From Saccharolobus solfataricus (GTDB lineage Archaea; Thermoproteota; Thermoprotei_A; Sulfolobales; Sulfolobaceae): a stretch of 32,000 nt of DNA. The notes beneath the pieces are model-generated. The model saw only the letters and a list, made by a program, of their open reading frames with translations. It was not told where the DNA came from and did no database searches. Shown here one piece after another: positions 26,758 through 32,000 of the stretch (its first letter is position 1; each line of letters begins with the position of its first letter). The DNA is taken from positions 330,001-362,000 of the forward strand of contig NZ_LT549890.1 of assembly GCF_900079115.1 (NCBI RefSeq). Direction: 5' to 3'. A program made the translations under genes and the position numbers.

Positions 26758-27744
26758 ATGAATGTGAAAAAAGCCTTAGTGGGTAGTTTTCCAAAAAATC
26801 CAAAATTAGGGAAAGTAATTTCATGGTACAATACAGGCAAGATAAATAAGGAGAAACTAGAGAAGCATATAAGTGAGAATATAAAAAAATTGTTTGAGCT
26901 AGCTGGAAATATCAAACTAGAGTATACTACCAATGGACTTTTTAGGTGGGATGACATAGTGGATGTAACATTTGGTTTTATTAGTGGTACTGAAAAGGGT
27001 CCCCTACAAAGGTTTTTCGATAATAACTTCTATTATAGACAACCTATAATTAAGGAGAAAATAAATGTAAAGAAGAGAGAGGAAAACTCTTTCCTACAAG
27101 ATTTGGAATTCTCTAGGAAAATTAAGGAAGAAGTAAGTTTACCTTCAAAGTTAAAGGCCGTAATTCCAGGACCTTTAACGTACTATGTACTATCTGATAA
27201 TCGGTATTACAATAGTCCAATAGAACTAATGATGGATTATGCATCAGTGGTTAATTCATTATCACAAGAACTTTCGAGTGTGGTAGATGCTATAGAAATT
27301 CATGAGCCTGCCATATATACTAATAACATCAAGAGAGATATTTTAGAGAAATTACCGGAGATATACAAAAGCATGTTAGATAATGTAAAAATAGAGAAGC
27401 ATCTAATAACCTATTTTGAAATCAATAACTTAAAGAGGCTAGATACTCTATTCTCCTTACCAGTAGACTATTTTGGTATAGACGTGATAGAGAACTTGAA
27501 GAAACTTGGGAGAGTATATACATATTTCTCCTCTAGGAAAGTATACTTAGGTATGTTAAATGCTAGGAATACTAAGATGGAGAGGATAACTACAATTATT
27601 AGAGTTTATAACTCCGTTAAGCGAAAAGGTGTAAGTGATGTAATTATAGGTAATAATACCCTATTTGATTTTATACCAGAGGTAGTTGTTGTAAAGAAAC
27701 TTAAACTTTTAAAGAAATTAGAAAAGGTGGAAATCAATGAGTAA
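26758..27744 (+). CDS. MetE N-terminal-barrel-like protein (degenerate, non-catalytic half of cobalamin-independent methionine synthase)
   Basis: 328 aa from ATG 26758; the track start at 26752 is a TTG overlapping the PCNA3 stop. It has a MetE-like layout ([20 protein letters not shown]). It lacks the HxCYG and NPDCGL zinc-ligand motifs that are present in the next gene. Confidence 0.65.
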   Translation: MNVKKALVGSFPKNPKLGKVISWYNTGKINKEKLEKHISENIKKLFELAGNIKLEYTTNGLFRWDDIVDVTFGFISGTEKGPLQRFFDNNFYYRQPIIKEKINVKKREENSFLQDLEFSRKIKEEVSLPSKLKAVIPGPLTYYVLSDNRYYNSPIELMMDYASVVNSLSQELSSVVDAIEIHEPAIYTNNIKRDILEKLPEIYKSMLDNVKIEKHLITYFEINNLKRLDTLFSLPVDYFGIDVIENLKKLGRVYTYFSSRKVYLGMLNARNTKMERITTIIRVYNSVKRKGVSDVIIGNNTLFDFIPEVVVVKKLKLLKKLEKVEINE

Positions 27745-28735
27745 GTTACCTTTACTTCCTACCACTGTTATAGGAAGCTATCCTAGACCTAAATGGTTAA
27801 GGGAATCCATAAGGCTCCATAAAGCTGGTAAAATGAGCAATGAGGACTTACAAGAGGCCTTTAATGATGCTGTAATAGCAGTTTTTCAAGATCACTATAA
27901 GGCAGGGGTGGACGTACCTACAGATGGCGAAGTCAGAAGAGATGAAATGGTTGAATTTTTTGCCGAGAGAATAAAAGGGTTTAAATTCTATGGTCCAGTA
28001 CGAGTGTGGGGAACTGCATATTATAGGAAACCCTCTGTTGTAAGCAAAATTGAATATAGAGAACCAATGTTAGTTGATGAGTTCACTTTTGCAAAATCCG
28101 TCTCTTATACTGATAACTTAAAAATAACAATAACTGGTCCTTACACCATAGCTGAATGGTCCTATAACGAGTACTATAGAAATAAGAAAGACCTAGTTTT
28201 TGATCTAGCGAAAGCGATAAATCAAGAAATCAAAAATTTAGTAGAAGCAGGTGCTAAAATAATACAAATAGATGAACCCGCCTTACATACTAGAAAGGAA
28301 GACGTAAGTTGGGGTGTAGAAGCAGTAAATGAGGCTGTAAAAGGTGTAAATGCTAAGTTGGTTATGCATATATGCTATGGTGATTACAGCTTTGTTGCAC
28401 CATACTTTAACGAGATTAAAGTTGATCAGATTAATTTTGCATTAAAAATTTACAACTACAAGCCTTTAGAGCTTTTGAAGAAGTATGGTTTCGATAAGGA
28501 ACTTGGCGCTGGCGTGGTAGATGTGCATAATAGAAAGGTCGAGACGTCTGAGGAAGTTGCCAATGATATAAGAAAGATTTTAGAGTATTTCCCACCAGAG
28601 AAAGTGTGGATAAATCCAGACTGTGGGCTGAAATTACTTTCTAGAAAAATAGCCTATCAGAAACTAGTATCCATGGTAGAGGGAACAAAGGTTGTCAGAG
28701 AAGAACTTAAAAGGAAAGGATATAGTGTAGATTAA
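27737..28735 (+). CDS. metE: cobalamin-independent methionine synthase, catalytic (C-terminal-type) barrel
   Basis: 332 aa with [24 protein letters not shown], the zinc ligands HICYGD and NPDCGLK. Its start overlaps the upstream gene by 8 nt. Confidence 0.85.
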   Translation: MSKLPLLPTTVIGSYPRPKWLRESIRLHKAGKMSNEDLQEAFNDAVIAVFQDHYKAGVDVPTDGEVRRDEMVEFFAERIKGFKFYGPVRVWGTAYYRKPSVVSKIEYREPMLVDEFTFAKSVSYTDNLKITITGPYTIAEWSYNEYYRNKKDLVFDLAKAINQEIKNLVEAGAKIIQIDEPALHTRKEDVSWGVEAVNEAVKGVNAKLVMHICYGDYSFVAPYFNEIKVDQINFALKIYNYKPLELLKKYGFDKELGAGVVDVHNRKVETSEEVANDIRKILEYFPPEKVWINPDCGLKLLSRKIAYQKLVSMVEGTKVVREELKRKGYSVD

Positions 28736-28758
28736 AGGTAGTAATTTGGTGAACGCAG

Positions 28759-29217
28759 ATGAACAAGAGGAGGGCTAAAGGTAAATCGCATTCCATAAGG
28801 CCTGCTAGAGCTGGAGCACCTAAATGGGTAAGGTTAACCAGAGAAGAAGTTGAAATGCTAGTTGAAGAATTGGCAAAAAGAGGTTATACTCCATCAATGA
28901 TAGGGATAATATTAAGAGATCAATATGGGATTCCTTTAGTTAAACAAATAGTCGGGAAAAAGGTTACTCAAATACTGGAAGAAAGAGGTTTAGCTCCTCA
29001 AATACCTGAAGATCTTTTCAATCTGATAAGGAAGGCAGTAAATGTAAGGAGGCATATCAATGAATATCCACGTGATAAAACAGCAAAGAAAGGATTAGAA
29101 GAGATTGAATCAAAAATCAGGCGTTTAACTAGGTATTATAAAGGTATTGGAAAACTACCACAAGAATGGGTTTACGATCCTGCAAAGGCCGAGCTATTAG
29201 TAGCTGGTGCAAGTTAG
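28759..29217 (+). CDS. rps15: 30S ribosomal protein S15 (uS15, S13e type)
   Basis: 152 aa, [24 protein letters not shown]...[16 protein letters not shown] Shine-Dalgarno element sits 7 nt upstream. Confidence 0.9.
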   Translation: MNKRRAKGKSHSIRPARAGAPKWVRLTREEVEMLVEELAKRGYTPSMIGIILRDQYGIPLVKQIVGKKVTQILEERGLAPQIPEDLFNLIRKAVNVRRHINEYPRDKTAKKGLEEIESKIRRLTRYYKGIGKLPQEWVYDPAKAELLVAGAS

Positions 29218-29600
29218 TAGTTTTTGTTGTAAGTTTCGTTTACTCTTTTAACCAATACCTCTCCTATTTTCTCATCAAATCCTAATGGATCAGCTATTGT
29301 TATTTCAATTTCTCTTCCCATGTATCGTATTTTCTTTTCATCGTTGTCTATACCTAGTAGCCTTGGGATATCTCTTCTGAAATGAGTTCCGGTTGCAAAT
29401 AGTAATGGAACTACTACTATCTTGTCAGCGCCTTTAGCGAGAAGGTTACTTAGGGCTTCGCTTAGCGTAGGTTTATTAAATTCTAAGAAACCAAATTCCA
29501 CCAAACTAAAATATTTAGATAAATATTCGGCATACTTAATACCAACGTCTTTCCATTCTGGTATCTTGCTACCATGTAAAACTAACAAAACTCCTAGCAC
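29214..29600 (-). CDS. cbiX: small sirohydrochlorin cobaltochelatase (CbiX-S)
   Basis: 128 aa with [12 protein letters not shown] and [17 protein letters not shown], which are CbiX signatures. It has a GTG start, and its stop overlaps the rps15 stop by 4 nt. Confidence 0.8.
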   Translation of the reverse strand: MLGVLLVLHGSKIPEWKDVGIKYAEYLSKYFSLVEFGFLEFNKPTLSEALSNLLAKGADKIVVVPLLFATGTHFRRDIPRLLGIDNDEKKIRYMGREIEITIADPLGFDEKIGEVLVKRVNETYNKNY

Positions 29601-29677
29601 CGCTGTTCACATAGCTTATGGTAATGCGATTTTATATATTTGTTTTAAGTATACCACACAAAAGGTGGCATTGTTAA

Positions 29678-30322
29678 ATGCCGGACTTCAAAATTGTCAT
29701 TTCAGATCCACAATCTGTAGAGCCTAAAAGAATAAAGGTCAAAGTAAAGGCAAGTGATCAAGTTAAATCAATTACTGGGGAAAAAGATGGAAAAGCGGTA
29801 CCACAAGCTAAGGTTAATGAAAAAACTAAACAATTATTAAATGTTGATACGCTTTTAACATTAGAAATAACCAAACAAGAAGGCGATAAAAAGGTAAAGG
29901 TAAAAGGTCATTTTAAGGTAGATGTAGATAACAGTGTACCAGATAACGAAGTATGGATAAGTAAAACAATGGCGGAGAAATTTGGAGCTGAGGATTTTGA
30001 AGCCTTTGCATATAGGACTAAGACGCTACAAATAAGTGTTGATCAAAACAAGGCAACGAATCTAGTCGGTCTAAAAATAGGCGATGTATTCGAAGCTAAT
30101 CAACTAATTGGGTTACCAGTTAAGTTGAAGATAACTGGAGGATCGGATAATTCAGGGTTCCCAATGCGATTTGATGTTATTGGGGCAGCTAAGCGTAAAA
30201 TATTACTAAGTGGGCCTCCTGGATTTTACCCGAATGAAAATGGAGAAAGAAGAAGAAAAACTATACGAGGAAATACAATTAGCCAGGAAATAGTTCAAAT
30301 TAATACCATAATAGTAAGGTGA
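29678..30322 (+). CDS. rps6e: 30S ribosomal protein S6e (eS6)
   Basis: 214 aa, [12 protein letters not shown]...[14 protein letters not shown]...RRRKTIRGN. Confidence 0.9.
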
Positions 30323-30330
30323 AGTAGTTT

Positions 30331-31578
30331 TTGGCATGGCCTAAAGTTCAACCAGAAGTTAATATAGGTGTAGTTGGTCATGTAGATCATGGTAAGACTA
30401 CACTAGTTCAAGCAATAACGGGAATTTGGACATCAAAACATTCCGAAGAATTAAAAAGAGGTATGACAATAAAACTGGGTTACGCAGAGACTAATATAGG
30501 TGTTTGTGAAAGTTGTAAAAAACCTGAGGCATATGTAACTGAACCCTCATGTAAATCTTGTGGATCAGATGATGAGCCCAAGTTTCTGAGACGAATTTCC
30601 TTTATTGATGCCCCGGGCCATGAAGTTCTAATGGCTACAATGTTATCTGGAGCTGCATTAATGGATGGCGCAATTCTAGTCGTTGCTGCAAATGAACCTT
30701 TTCCGCAACCTCAGACTAGAGAACATTTCGTAGCATTAGGTATAATAGGAGTGAAAAACCTAATTATAGTTCAAAATAAGGTAGACGTAGTCTCCAAAGA
30801 GGAAGCGTTATCGCAGTATAGGCAAATAAAGCAGTTTACGAAGGGAACTTGGGCTGAAAATGTACCTATAATCCCAGTAAGTGCACTTCATAAGATTAAT
30901 ATAGATTCTCTAATCGAAGGTATAGAAGAGTATATAAAAACTCCTTACAGGGATCTCTCACAAAAACCTGTTATGCTTGTGATAAGAAGTTTTGACGTTA
31001 ATAAGCCCGGTACCCAATTCAATGAGTTGAAGGGTGGTGTAATAGGTGGCAGTATTATACAAGGTTTGTTTAAAGTTGACCAAGAAATAAAAGTATTACC
31101 GGGCTTAAGAGTGGAAAAACAAGGTAAAGTATCTTATGAACCTATTTTCACAAAGATTTCGTCCATAAGGTTTGGAGATGAGGAATTTAAAGAGGCTAAA
31201 CCAGGAGGTTTAGTTGCAATAGGTACATATTTAGATCCCTCATTGACTAAAGCTGATAATTTGCTTGGCAGTATTATTACCTTAGCTGATGCTGAAGTTC
31301 CAGTTTTATGGAACATTAGAATAAAGTATAATCTCCTAGAACGTGTAGTTGGAGCTAAGGAAATGTTAAAGGTAGATCCCATAAGAGCTAAGGAAACTTT
31401 AATGTTGTCTGTAGGTTCATCGACGACTTTGGGTATCGTTACCTCTGTAAAGAAGGATGAGATTGAAGTGGAGTTAAGGAGACCTGTGGCAGTATGGTCT
31501 AATAATATTAGAACTGTCATAAGTAGGCAAATAGCTGGTAGGTGGAGAATGATAGGATGGGGTTTAGTAGAGATCTAA
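30331..31578 (+). CDS. eif2g: translation initiation factor aIF2 gamma subunit
   Basis: 415 aa, [31 protein letters not shown]. It has a zinc knuckle (CESC...CKSCG), DAPGHE and NKVD. The start is TTG at 30331, with an AGGTGA Shine-Dalgarno element about 10 nt upstream. Confidence 0.95.
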
Positions 31579-31979
31579 AAGTACTAGTTGATACTAATAT
31601 TTTATTGTACGTGTATGATGGTTTAGATCCATTTAATAAGGTATTAGAATTTCTAGATTATAAACCGTCTTTTTTTATTCATTCTACAGTCTTAAGAGAG
31701 CTAGATATTTTATTTGAGAAGAACAAAAAAGGATTTATTATATCATCTAGAATTAAGATAGCCAGAAAATATTTGGAAGTATATAAAAATTTATGGAATT
31801 TAATAAATGATTATGATGATTTACCTACAGATGAAGCATTAATAAGGACCGCTCTTAAGCATAATATGTTTATATTTACTAATGATAAGGAATTAAAAAA
31901 TGATGCAATTAAAAAGGGTATAGGAGTTTTATTTCTTCAGAATAGGAGTAAAATTATAAAATCCTTATATCCTATCTAA
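31557..31979 (+). CDS. PIN-domain protein (Fcf1/COG1412-like putative rRNA-processing endonuclease)
   Basis: It carries PIN acidic motifs ([10 protein letters not shown] ... FTNDKELK). The start is either ATG 31557 or GTG 31542, and both lie inside the last codons of aIF2-gamma. Confidence 0.65.
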
Positions 31980-32000
31980 CGTATGTATAAACTTATTAAA

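Noticed and set aside
29422-29727. 101-aa plus-strand ORF overlapping cbiX and the rps6e start; likewise 31134..31520 (-), 24011..24217 (-), 24646..24831 (+), 26233..26463 (-), 26727..26957 (-), 1637..1861 (-) and 3978..4166 (-)
   Set aside because: All lie antisense to or out of frame within well-supported genes and carry no recognisable motifs.

Overview
This is an AT-rich core-chromosome segment of a Sulfolobales crenarchaeon. Gene order and several protein sequences (SlaA/SlaB, PCNA1, PCNA3, Rpo13, aIF2-gamma) match what I remember of Saccharolobus (Sulfolobus) solfataricus. I support about 31 protein genes and 4 intron-less tRNAs (Pro-CGG, Ala-GGC, Gly-UCC, Ser-UGA). The protein genes include: a beta-CASP RNase, NAC, a GT4 glycosyltransferase, the S-layer pair slaA-slaB, the tRNA acetyltransferase TmcA, an rpl14e-cbf5-methyltransferase operon, an Lhr-type helicase, a membrane-anchored HerA/FtsK-type ATPase followed by rpo13 and PCNA1, a five-gene overlapping riboflavin operon (ribB, ribC, ribH, arfA, amidohydrolase), cbiA, PCNA3, a two-gene split metE, rps15, cbiX, rps6e, aIF2-gamma and a PIN-domain gene. 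I see no CRISPR array, IS element, integrase or recognisable defence island, and no convincing wholly new multi-gene system. The most interesting items are: (1) cbf5 is split by a 22-nt bulge-helix-bulge intron that restores the catalytic GTLDP motif when removed; this class of intron is already known. (2) An uncharacterised fusion of about 7 TM helices to a HerA/FtsK-like ATPase sits in a DNA-transaction neighbourhood. (3) A deaminase-type amidohydrolase is translationally coupled to the archaeal riboflavin operon and is a candidate for a missing pathway step. (4) An ~84-nt intergenic element occurs twice, with perfectly conserved blocks at fixed spacing. (5) tRNA-Gly lies 17 nt upstream of the tRNA-modifying tmcA gene. 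Many short ORFs in the track are antisense shadows of real genes and are rejected.
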